Assembly (NCBI GenBank): GCA_051294375.1
Contig: CM119266.1
Location: 21,578,754-21,642,753 of the forward strand
Reading direction: 5' to 3'
DNA: 64,000 nt
Origin: Paraspadella gotoi
Lineage: Eukaryota; Animalia; Chaetognatha
In this document: in pieces, positions 52,910 through 64,000 of the stretch
Layout of the letters: each line of letters begins with the position of its first letter
Numbering within the stretch: the stretch's first letter is position 1
Made by a program: the position numbers and the translations under genes
The notes under the pieces: generated by a model
Database searches by the model: none
Seen by the model: the letters and a program-made list of their open reading frames with translations, nothing else
What the model was told of the DNA's origin: nothing

Positions 52910-54253
52910 ATGAGAGTTGATTCGACTTCGAACCTTGAGGAGGCCGCTTGCTGCCGCACTTCTTCCCATTCGAGTGGATCGTCAAGAAGTTTCCTCGACA
53001 GATTCGCCGAAGAAATCGTCGAGATGGGCGTGTCTCCGTTCGATCTCCACCCGACGCTTCTTTTCCCCGAAGGCGAAGCGACGTCTCCTCTACATCACAC
53101 CGGCGTCTACGTATTTTTGAACAAGGCATCGAGTACGTACGCGAAATGGTTCAGGTTTATCATGTTTTATACTTAAAATTTTTACTAGTTGGTCAAATTA
53201 TAAATACTATGTTTACGGAAGATATCATTTATTTTGAACGCCAACATTTCAATTACCGAACTATATTCTTAATTTCGTTTCGATGTTGAAATGAACAATG
53301 TACTTTACAAAATGTAACAATAACTTGCCTTACATATTATATTTCTTCCCAATCCAGACTAATCTTATTAAAAAAACATTCCTCAAAATGTAGATACTGC
53401 TGTGATAATTCCTATCTCTCTGCTTTATCTCGACAACGACTTATAAAGCGACACCGTCATTCATGGGCTCTGCCTCGCACTTTTCCATCAGGCGAGACGT
53501 TTCTCCAGAGATTTCGACAAGATTGCTGAATTCGATGGATTCCGAAGTTTGATTCGTACACGAAAACATATTCCGGAGTTCAGTTCGTTGATCTTTTTGT
53601 ACCGATTTTTCGGTATTCAATCAACGATCGAAACTCGCGACACGAAGACTCTTGCGTCTATCATCTGCAACTCCTTCGAAATCCCTTCGCAACGCGCTCT
53701 ATCCTCGTTCAGGTCCCAATGGTCGTCTTTGTCGCGAGGTCGTCGCCGTGTCGTCGGCACAGGTTCCCCTCTGGCTAAATTACATTCGCCTATTGGAAGA
53801 AAGGGGGGTTTAGGGTAGGGAGAGGTTATGGGTGGTTTATGGTTAGCGAGGATAGGGTTAGGGTTATTTTTAATTAACAAAAGGTCAACAGATTTTTACT
53901 TTTTTTTCATAAGAATCGAAAAATCACAGTCGGCGAATGTGAATTCCAATTTTCTGTTTCTACCCGCGTCGCGGCTTTCTTTGTAATCAGCGGGGGCGCA
54001 ACGGTTATCCTTTTGGATGGAGAGCTTGTGCTATCTCCGGCGCCATAGGTCTGCTGATTTTCGGGACGAAGTAAACAGGGGATATGAAATACTAGCCGTT
54101 CCCTCTCGTTTCAGCGTCAGCCCCGTTGATGTTCGCCGACGTTATCGCGCCCACGCCCCACTCGGACCGCAGAACTGCCGTTCATATCCTTCATCATCAT
54201 GTTCCGTCAAATTCGGTTTTCCTCGTCGGACCCGCGCTCAACTATGTTCTCAG
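52910..54253 (+). CDS. MFSD8-like MFS transporter, exons 1-5, identical duplicate of 48219-49562 (likely assembly artefact)
   Basis: Same sequence, including the same frameshifts, at offset 4691. Confidence 0.65.
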
Positions 54254-54305
54254 GTTTCCATGCACGACTTTAGTTACAATCGATGCAATTTTCGTTACCT
54301 CCTTT

Positions 54306-54341
<36 letters not shown>

Positions 54342-57300
54342 CTCTCTTCTCTCTCNNNNNNNNNNNNNNNNNNNNNNNNNAGGTCGACCCATATCGTTTT
54401 ATTTTTTTGGAAGATTAGAGTAAGGTTCGTTTGACTCCAAAACTGAGATTTACAATAATAATACTAATTCTAATGCTAATTCTAATTGGTTAATAGAAAA
54501 ATTGGCTCTTTCCTTCACAATATTTTATCTCTTGATCTCGTATGACAAAACTGATCACCCTCTCATTAATAAATATTAAGTAACTATCATTATATTATGG
54601 CAACAGCCGGGTTGCCTGTGATGCCCATTGGGATGGGGCATCTCACTGTTGGCTTTGGGGGCTTCCGACCCTCAGTGACGCCTCCAGTCACTGGCGCGGT
54701 TACCCTAGGACGGTCTCGCTTTGCCAACGCAGAGGGAAGTCGTTCGGACTGTGGATGGAACACTACGCCTGGGATGGTGTGTTCCCCCTCTGAGCCAATG
54801 GATTTGGCTGACGGATGGTGGACGTGAGGCGGTGTGAATATACCGCCACAATATTCACTTTTTTTTCGAGTAGAGCGGAGACATCCTTAACATAAATTGA
54901 ACGATCATAAAAATTAAAGGAATTTAGAAAAAAAAAAAAAAAGATTCAACAAAACCAGTATTATTTCAGGAATAACCTTTTTAGGACATCCGATGACCTT
55001 TCAAAACAAACAAACAAACAAACAAACAAAGAAAACAAACAAACAAGAAACAAAGAAACAAACAAGCTTCTTTCGGTTCCGTCGAGCCTTAACCCCTTTT
55101 TTTTTCGGTTCACGCATTGACACCCGCCGACCGACGACGACTCGAAACAAACATTCGTCTAAAAAGCCCCCCCCCCTCTCCCCGCCCCCTCCCTCGTACT
55201 AACCGCCCCCTTAATTTATGAGGGGAAGGAAGTTTGCGAGGTTTAAGATTGAGCAGAACTCATACTCGTTGTTCGAACGAACTAGAAGCATTTCGAAACT
55301 CTAAAAATAGACGTAATTGTTGAATATTTTCTGATCCAGTCGGTGAAAACGAACGAGGAGAAAATTACGATCAATGTAACCGGAAATAGAAGGAGAAAGG
55401 GAGGAGGAGGAGGAGGAGGAGGAGGAGCACAGGTCGAAAATGAGGAGGCGAGGATGAATGACGATCGATTCTTCTTTCTCAGTTTTAAACTCGAAATTCT
55501 TCTCCTGTTCATTTTCTTAAGGAATACGAGAACCTTTGACTTTTCTCATCCTCGACCAATTTTTGAGTCCCTATTCCATTCCTTACCCTGTCCCTACCAA
55601 ATCTCCAAGTAACTCTTCGCTCATTTCCGTCTTCATTCGATTTTTAGACTCACCTTCCGTTGCGACAAAGACTTTTAACTCACCAAACGCCTTTTAGAAC
55701 TCTTTGAATCTCCCTCGCCCCTTACCCCGCTTCTTCCCCCCACCTAAATTTGCCGCTCACGCGCGCTTGACATTCAGGTGAATTTTCTCGTGTCAGCCTT
55801 TTTCTCGCTTGACTCGGTTCCAGAACCGAAACCCGCCGCCCTCCACGAACTACGTAGCGAAAGAAGGTTCAGGAAAAAGTGGCATCAAACATTAGTATTT
55901 GATCCCGGAAAAAAAAATCAAAGTCATATTTTAAAATCTTACTCGATCGCTGCTCAAATATCAAGACGCTGATGTGACGTAAAAGAAGGCGTTCGTTTGG
56001 TTTTTGCCGACAGTCACGTGACGATGATCGAAAGTGGCTCCAAATTCCCGAGGAGTCCTCTGATCTTCTCGTCTTTTCCTTAAGGATTAAATATCTGACG
56101 TTGACGGGTATGGATCCATCGTCGATAGAGGCGGACTCTCTTTTGAGAAAATCGATAAAAAGCCTCGTTTTGGAATTTCAGTTGCGAAAAAATTTTGATA
56201 AAGGATAGTCGAAGGAAGTAATAATTCGATGGATTTAGAAAAGAAACTCTTGTTTTCAGGAACCAGGTTTTAACTTAATAAGTGTAAAATGGTATAATGA
56301 ATTATGTAAGATAAACGAAAATATCATTGAAAAAGTGTCTTTGAAAGCGCGGTCGGGGTTCCTAGTTGACGGATTAAAGAACTAAAAATTGTAAGTAAAG
56401 CATAACGTTAATTGAGAATATATGTATACATAAAGAAGAGACAGTAAGAGTAAAGAAAAAAGAAGAGAGAGAGAAGAAAGAGAAGAGAATAGGAAGATTA
56501 AGAAAAAGAGAAAGAGAGAGTGAAGAAAAGAGAAGAGTAGGAAGATTAAAGAAAAGAGAAGAGAGAGTGAAGAAAGAGAGAGATAGGAAAGTGAAGAAAA
56601 AGAGAAGAGAGAGAGAAGAAAAGAGAAGAGATAGAAGATTAAGAAAAAAAAAGAGAGAGTGAAGAAAAGAGAAGAGATAGGAAGAGTGAAGAAAAAGAGA
56701 AGAGAGTGAAGAAAGAAAGATAGAAGAGTGAAGAAAGAGAAAAGAGAGTGAAGGAAAAGAGAAGAAGAGGGCTCATACGTCTGGCAAAGGTCAAAGAGTC
56801 AGTGCGATATCGAATGACCCTTGGGGTGACGAAAAATAGAGGCCGATATGTCAAGGCCCTTGCTACGGAAATATTTTTAATAGGGGGAAGAGACTCAATC
56901 GCCGATTTACTCTTTTTAAAGATTCTTACGATTCTGTTTCATTGAAAATAGCAGAGCGGCGGGATTGGGGATGAAAGGCTGGGGACTAAATTTGGTGAGG
57001 TAATTGGGACTGGGGACTAACTTGGACAAAGAGCTCGAGGCACCGCGGGTGAGCGACGGGCTAAAAGGAACTGGCGTCTGCCTCGTACCAAAGCAAACGC
57101 TTTCCCTACTCCCCTTCCGGGCCTACCCCCTCCCCTCCAAGCGAAGATTGTGGATCTTTTGTTTTCGCTGTGGGAAAATATTTCTCGATTTCGTGAAACG
57201 AGAGGGCGCCGCAGAATCGGTGGGAGGAGAAAAACAACAAAAGCCGCCACGATGACGCCGCGGGACGATAACGATGATAAACGACGACGATGACGACGAG

Positions 57301-57750
57301 GACGACGACGGCGACACGAATCGATAAAATTGATCGTCGTCGCGGTCAAAAATCGACAGAGGCGTCTGCTGCGTCGCGTCTGTTTCGACAGCGGCGTCTG
57401 CTGCATCGGGTGAGATTAGAAGCGGCGTCTGCTGCATCGGGTCAGATTAGACAGCAGCGTCTGCTGCATCGGGTCAGATGACAGTAGCATCTGTTGCGTC
57501 GTATCAGATTCAACAGCGGCGTCTGCTGCATCGCGTCAGATTTGACAGCGGCATCTGCTCCGTCGCTATTTTTAGACCAGCTGCGACTGGCCCTGAATTT
57601 TCAAAGGAAAAACACTCGCCCTTTGGTAAACACGGTTTTTCTGAGAAATCCGGAGAGCGGTCGACTGGACCGGCTCGGGAAGGCCTTATCGCCGAGGCCA
57701 GGCTTCAGTTCCGATTTCACACCGTGTCGGTTAGAAGGAGATGAATTTGT

Positions 57751-57811
<61 letters not shown>

Positions 57812-60800
57812 TCTTATTCTCACCGCGCCTTTCAAACATTCCACGTGTTCTTGGCGCGAACCTCACTGATCCGAGAACGGATCGCTTTTCATTATATTTT
57901 CCCTCCTCGTATCTTGTTTCCTTCTTTATTCCTCTTTTCTGCTACCTTTTACCTTCCTTCCATTTCTTTTTTTCTCCGTCGGCTTTTCCTTCCTTCCTTC
58001 CGGTTCCGTCCTTCATAATTTCACTAATTCTCGCGCCTCGACCTGCATCGGCGGCTTCATTCATTTATTGGCGGCGGCCTCGTTGCGGAGAAAAAAAACA
58101 AATGCATCGGCCTTCGTCTCATCCACTGTTCCACCCACTCATTCTCGAACACCCCCACTATTTGCCACTCATCGAACAGCACCCTCTTTCAGTCCGGCCA
58201 TTTAAAAGACACGGCGCCCTTCCCTACCCCCATCTTTTTTTCCGCCCCGCATTTCTCGGACTCCTTCCCGCAGCCACCATTCTAGAGCCCCCATCGCGAT
58301 ATTAATTCGCTAATCAGGCAGAAGAGCAGAGAGAAATGCGGGGTGAAGGCCAACTGGGGGAGGTGGTCCGCGAAGGGGGGGCGGGGGGGCGGAGTCGAGA
58401 TGGTTTTCTCGATAAAAAACCGTCTCTCGGTTTAAGGCCCACGGGGTATTTTTATTTCCTGCAGTAAAGGCTTCTTCATTTTAAAGTCACGGCGGGAGCG
58501 TCCTTTCGTTGAGCCTTTTAAAGCTTTAAATATCGTCTCGTTTTGTTATTTTTTTTTCCTGCGGAAGGGGGGGGGAGGTTACGGCTAAAACTCCAGATTT
58601 TTTAGCTCATGATATAAAAAAAAAGCGGCTGACAAAGCCGTCAGGTTTTGCTGGTAATAAAAAATCTGTTACAAAACGCAAAGTTGTTATTCGATGTTTC
58701 CGTTTTATTTTCGTCGTCTCTACCCGGCGCCTTTCGTCCCGGGGACGAATCCATAGCTTTTGAAGGGCCGGCTAACCCCGGCCGGGAAAGGTCTTCTGCT
58801 TCTTCACTCTGTCGTCTCATCCTCTCTCTCTCTCTCTCTCTGCTCATCCTCTCTCGCTCTCTCCTCTCCATCGTCGTCGACATCTCCTCCCCATCTCTCA
58901 TCTCCTCTCTCTCTCTCTCCTCTCTCTCTCTCAATAATAAAGAAAATAAAAGAAAAAAGATCGACAAGGTTCGACCCATATCGTTTTATTTTTTGGAGAG
59001 TAGAGTAAGGTTCGTTTGGACTCCAAAACTGAGATTTACAAATAATAATCTAATTCTATGCTAATTCTTAATTGGTTAATAGAAAAATTGGCTCTTATCC
59101 TTCACAATATTATTATCTCTTGATCTCGTATGAACAAAACTGATGCACCCTCTGCATTAAATAAATATTAAGTAACTATCATTATAATTTGGCAACAAAC
59201 GCCGGGTGCCTGTGCATGCCCCGCTTGGCGATGGGGCATCTCACTGTTGCTTATGGGGGCTTTCCGACCTCTCAGTGACGCCATCCAGTCACTGGCGCGG
59301 TTACGCCTAGGACGGCTCATCGCTTTGCAACGGCAGAGGGAAGTCCGTTCGGGACTGGTGGATGGAACACTACGCCTGGGATGGTGTGTTCCGCCCATCT
59401 GAAGCCAATGGATTTGGCTCGACGGATGTGGACGTGAGGCGGTGTGAAATATACCGCCACAATATTCACGCTTTTTTTTCGAGATAGAGCGGAGACATCC
59501 TTAACATTAAGAATTGAACGATCATAAAAATTAAAGGAATTTAGAAAAAAAAAAAAAAGATTCAACAAGGAAACAGTATTATTTCAGGAATAACCTGTTT
59601 TGGACCATCGATGACCTTTCAAAACAAACAAACAACAAAGAAACAAACAAACAAACAAGAACAAACAACAGACGCAGTTCTTTCGGTTATTCGCGTCGAC
59701 GCCTTTACAACCCCTTTTTTTTCGGTTCACGCATTGACACGCCGCCGACGCGAACGACGCACTGCGAGAAACAACACATGTCGTCACTAAAAAGCCCCCC
59801 CCCCTGCTCCCGCGCCCCCTCGCCTCGTCAACATACGCGCCCGCCTAATTTATGAGGGGGAAGGAAAGTTTGCGAGGTTTAAGATGAGCAGGTAAACTCA
59901 TACTGAGTTCGTTGCGAACGAACTGAAGCATTTCGAAACTTTGCTAAAAAGTGAGACGTAATTGTTGAATATTTTCATGATCAGTCGGTGAAAACGAACG
60001 AGGGAGAAATTAACGAATCAATGTAACGGAAATCAGAAGGAGAAAGGGAGGGAAAGGGAAGGAGGGAGGAGGAAGGAGGAGAGGAAGGAGCAAAGTTCGA
60101 AAATGAGGAGGCGAGGAATGAAGACGATCGATTCTTCTGTTTCAGGTTTAAACTACGAAGATTCTTCTCACTGTTCATTTTCTTCTTAGGAATAGCGGAA
60201 GAACCCTTTGACTTTTGCATCATCCTCGCCAGTTAAATTTTGAGTCCTATTTTTCCATTCGCTTACCCTGTCTCCCGAATCCAGTTCTTAAGAAGCTCTA
60301 TCAAGCAATGCCTTCGTCATTTCCGTCTTCTATTGATTTTTAAGCTCACTTTCCGTTGCGAACAAAAGACTTTTAACCTCACCAAACGCCTTTTAAGAAC
60401 AAAACTCTTGAGAATCTCTCCCTACGCCCCATGCATATACCATTTTACTCCGCTTCTACCCCCGCACGCAAATTTTGCGCGCTCAAGTGCGGTCGGAAAG
60501 ACAAGGCTTGACATTTCTCAGCGTGAATATTTTCAGTTAGCGTAGTTCACTTTTTCGCTAGGGAAGACGACCTGAGTGAACTCGGTTCCAGAACCGAAAC
60601 CCGACCGGCGCGCCTCTCTCTCTCTCTCTCTCTCTCTCCTCTCTTCTCTCATCTCTCTCTCTCCCTCTCTCAGTCTATCCTCCTCTCTACTCTCTCTCTC
60701 TCTTCGCCTCACCTGCGTCTACATCTGTCCTCCNNNNNNNNNNNNNNNNNNNNNNNNNTTTTAAAAACCCTCTCCTCTTCCTCACTCTCTCGGCTTTGAT

Positions 60801-61403
60801 TCCCCCGCTTTAAAGCCTATTTATAGCGCAAATGAAATTCAAATGCTGTTACAAAACCGAGATTGTGGTATTATAAAAAAAAAATCTCTCCGGGGTTCTC
60901 TCCTTCTCATTTTTTACCCTCTCTCTCTCCCTTTTTCCTCTCCCGTTCTCCCACACTTCTGGCTTTCTTTTTCTTTCTTCGCGCATGCGCAGGAAACTCC
61001 GTCCTGTTTGTAATGAAGTGAGAACGAAAGTAAAGAAGTCATCGGGTTAGTATTTCGGATTTAAAATTTCCCCAACTCAAAAAATTATAGCCAAGGCAAG
61101 GAAACTAAAATTGAGTCGTCAAGTCGATGCTGCTCAAAGTCGCGATTAGTTATAAAAAGAAAGTGTGTGACATAGGGGAAAAAGTACCGGCAAACTTTTC
61201 TCGACATTTAAGTTAAGCGTAATCATTGTACTAAGTTTGATCCCGATTAGTTAAATCATAGATTTTAAATGACACACTAATTGCCCAGTACCAAGTTTTT
61301 GACTGACTCCAGGGGTCATCGGAATTAAGAGACTTTCACAGACTTTCGATCTCTTCCGATCCGATATCTTCATTCACTCGATCTTTCTGAGTCGATTTTC
61401 TCT

Positions 61404-61642
61404 GTCACGTGTGTATTTGGACTCTTGCCGTCACCCGGATTAACATAACTGGTTACAAATGATCCTTTTGGACTTTGGATTTTTAAAAAAGGACTACTTG
61501 AACCCGAGATCCAGTTTCTGCGATCTTTCTTCGATTCTTGTCTCAGCCAATGACATGATAAACGTGACTGATAAACTTATTCTCTCTCTCTCTCTCTCTC
61601 TCTCTGAGATAAACTTATAAACTTATAAACTGATAAACTTAT

Positions 61643-61728
<86 letters not shown>

Positions 61729-61790
61729 ATCCCTCATCCCTCGTTTACTGTTTCAAAACTTCCGTCGTTCACCTAAAGATAACCTAATTT
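61404..61790 (+). promoter_or_regulatory. Putative promoter of the MFSD8-like gene: E-box, CCAAT, clustered WGATAA motifs and a (CT)n tract
   Basis: gtcacgtg at ~61404, agccaatga at ~61545, (t/a)gataaac at ~61556, 61569, 61607 and 61631, and agataa at ~61777, 100-500 bp upstream of the ATG. Homologue at 47715-48110. Confidence 0.3.
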
Positions 61791-61889
61791 TCAAATTCAT
61801 TTATTTTCCTAAACATTTAGTTTTCTTCTTCAACTTTGAACGCGACTCTTCTACACTTTTCAAGTTGTTTATCATTTTTGTCAATTGTC

Positions 61890-63251
61890 ATGAGAGTTGA
61901 TTCGACTTCGAACTTTGAGGAGCCGCTGCTGCCGCCTTCTTCCCATTCGAGTGGATCGTCAAGAAGTTCCTCGACAGATTCGCCGAAGAAATCGTCGAGA
62001 TGGGCGTGTCTCCGTTCGATCTCCACCCGACGCTTCTTTTCCCCGAAGGCGAAGCGACGTCTCCTCTACATCAACACCGGCGTCTACGTATTTTTGAACA
62101 GCATCGAGTACGTACGCGAAATGGTTCAGGTATCATGTTTTATACTTAAATATTTTTACTAGTTGGTCAAATTATATAATACTATGTTACGGAGTATATA
62201 TTTATTTTGAACGCCAAATTTCAATACCGCTATATTCTATTTCGTTTCGAATGTATGAATGAGCAATGTACATTGTACATATACATGTACATATATTGTA
62301 CATATATAATTTCTTCCCAAATCAGACTAACTTATTAAAAAATATCTTCAAAATGTAGATACGCTGTGATAATTCCTTCTCTCTGGCTTTATCTCGATAA
62401 CGACTATAAAGCGACAACGTCATTCATGGGCCTCTGCCTCGCAGCCTTTTCCATCAGGCGAGACGTTTCTCCAGAGATTCGACAAGATTGCTGAATTCGA
62501 TGGATTCCGAAGTTGAATCGTAACGAAAACATATTCGATTCAGTTCGTTGATCTTTTGTCCGATTTTCGGTTTCATCAACGATCGAACTCGCGACACGAA
62601 GACTCTCGTCATCATCTGCAACTTCTTTGAAATCATCGGCAACGCGCTCTATCTAGTTCGGTCCCAATGGGTCGTCTTTGTCGCGAGGATCGTCGCCGGC
62701 GTCGGCACAGGTTCCCCTCTGGGCTAAATTTTACATTCGCCGACTTGGATTAGAGAGGGGGGCTTTAGGGTTAGGGGAGGTTATGGGTGGTTTATGGTTA
62801 GCGGGTTTAGGGTTAGGGTTGGTAATTAAGTAACAGTTTTTTTACTTTTTTTTCATAAGAATCGAAAAATCACAGTCGGCGAATGTGAATTCCAATTTTC
62901 TGTTTCTACCCGCGTCGCGGCTTTCTTTGTAATCAGCGGGGGCGCAACGGTTATCCTTTTGGATGGAGAGCTTGTGCTATCTCCGGCGCCATAGGTCTGC
63001 TGATTTTCGGGACGAAGTAAACAGGGGATATGAAATACTAGCCGTTCCCTCTCGTTTCAGCGTCAGCCCCGTTGATGTTCGCCGACGTTATCGCGCCCAC
63101 GCCCCACTCGGACCGCAGAACTGCCGTTCATATCCTTCATCATCATGTTCCGTCAAATTCGGTTTTCCTCGTCGGACCCGCGCTCAACTATGTTCTCAGG
63201 TTTCCATGCACGACTTTAGTTACAATCGATGCAATTTTCGTTACCTCCTTT

Positions 63252-63287
<36 letters not shown>

Positions 63288-64000
63288 CTCTCTTCTCTCT
63301 CNNNNNNNNNNNNNNNNNNNNNNNNNGCTGATTTTCGGACGAGTAACGGGATATGAAATACTACCGCTACGCGACTTTAATTCTCGCCCCGTCCCTCTCG
63401 TTCAGCGTCAGCCCCGTTGATGTTCGCCGACGTTAATCGCGCCACGCCCACTCGGACCCGAACTGCCGTCATATCCTTCATCATCATGTTCCGTCAAATC
63501 GGTTTCCTCGTCGGACCCGCGCTCAACCTTGTTCTCAGGTTTCCATGGCAACGACTTAGTACAATCGATGCAATTTTCGTTACTTCTNNNNNNNNNNNNN
63601 NNNNNNNNNNNNNNNNNNNNNNNNNNNNNNNNNNNNNNNNNNNNNNNNNNNNNNNNNNNNNNNNNNNNNNNNNNNNNNNNNNNNNNNNNNNNNNNNNNNN
63701 NNNNNNNNNNNNNNNNNNNNNNNNNNNNNNNNNNNNNNNNNNNNNNNNNNNNNNNNNNNNNNNNNNNNTTACATCAGATTCAAATTTTGTTCACTTTCTT
63801 CAACGTCGACGAATATTGCGAGGTGAATTTTTTTCCATATCCATTTGGATTTATTTTTAATTTTTTTAAAAATTTATTTCGTTCGAATCTGAAAAAAAAA
63901 GGCGCTGGAATCTGAGGGAAACGACGTCGAAATGGTTGAGAACGAGGACGCACCTTTTTTGACGCCCGTCAGAGGAGATGGCGATGAAAACCAAGACGAC
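61890..64000 (+). CDS. MFSD8-like major facilitator superfamily transporter (probably lysosomal), 5' part, running off the window
   Basis: Exon 1, 61890-62107: MRVDSTSNFEEPLL...KRRLLYINTGVYVFLNSIE. Exon 2, 62359-62457: YAVIIPSLWLYLDNDYKATTSFMGLCLAAFSIS. Exon 3, 62544-62660: SLIFCPIFGFINDRTRDTKTLVIICNFFEIIGNALYLV. Exon 4, 62937-62994, is noisy. Exon 5, 63061-63199, repeated at 63406-63538: LMFADV..AT...RTAVISFIIMFRQIGFLVGPALN. Probable later exons at ~63770-63822 and 63902-64000 (acidic loop ALESEGNDVEMVENEDAPFL). Matches from memory the MFSD8/MFSD8-like pattern IEYAVILPTIW..L, GPLFG.WSDRT, N.FEI.GN and RQ.G.L.GPA.N. Confidence 0.85.
62733..62925. mobile_element. Small intronic element with 13-bp inverted repeats around TTAGGG-like repeats (Helentron-associated/HINE-like); copies 49087-49290 and 53778-53981
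   Basis: acattcgccgact (62733-62745) is the reverse complement of agtcggcgaatgt (62874-62886). Interior is ttagggttagggg..ggttatgggtggtttatggtta..ttagggttagggtt. A ccgcg-t-cgcgg palindrome and a T-rich tail follow. Confidence 0.4.

Noticed and set aside
48219-54253. MFS pseudogenes
   Set aside because: The frameshifts are long-read-type indels absent from exons 1-3 of the 61890 copy, so they are treated as sequencing error.
44990-54355. rDNA-like or satellite tandem array with a 4.69-kb period
   Set aside because: No rRNA motifs. The unit holds protein-coding exons, and the copies share identical errors.
62755-62822. True telomere or chromosome end
   Set aside because: Only a few degenerate TTAGGG units, lying inside an intron.

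Overview
Eukaryotic, probably metazoan, DNA: (CT/GA)n microsatellites, CpG-rich exons, short introns and TTAGGG-like motifs. A sponge-like invertebrate is plausible but cannot be proven from the sequence. There are no prokaryotic operons, CRISPR arrays, rRNA or tRNA genes. The window is a poor-quality draft. It has many N gaps, including many of exactly 25 N (typical of PBJelly overfilled gaps), indel-rich raw long-read sequence, and four blocks each assembled 2-4 times. Nearly all ORF-track entries are microsatellite, N-run or homopolymer artefacts. Reading exons by eye gives: (i) an intron-rich MFSD8-like MFS transporter gene on +, cleanest at 61890-64000 with partial copies at 48219 and 52910, which needs a GC-AG intron; (ii) a minus-strand multi-exon gene with poly-Asp and Lys/Glu-rich exons, in two copies; (iii) a noisy plus-strand FN3 + TM + kinase-like gene; (iv) an intronless, compositionally foreign coding-like segment with a CxxC..CxxC end. 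Comparing duplicate copies shows two presence/absence transposon insertions (hAT-like and TTAA/Kolobok-like). The most unusual unexplained element is a ~260-nt hairpin-dense, GC-rich island upstream of the MFS gene. I found no convincing new multi-gene system.
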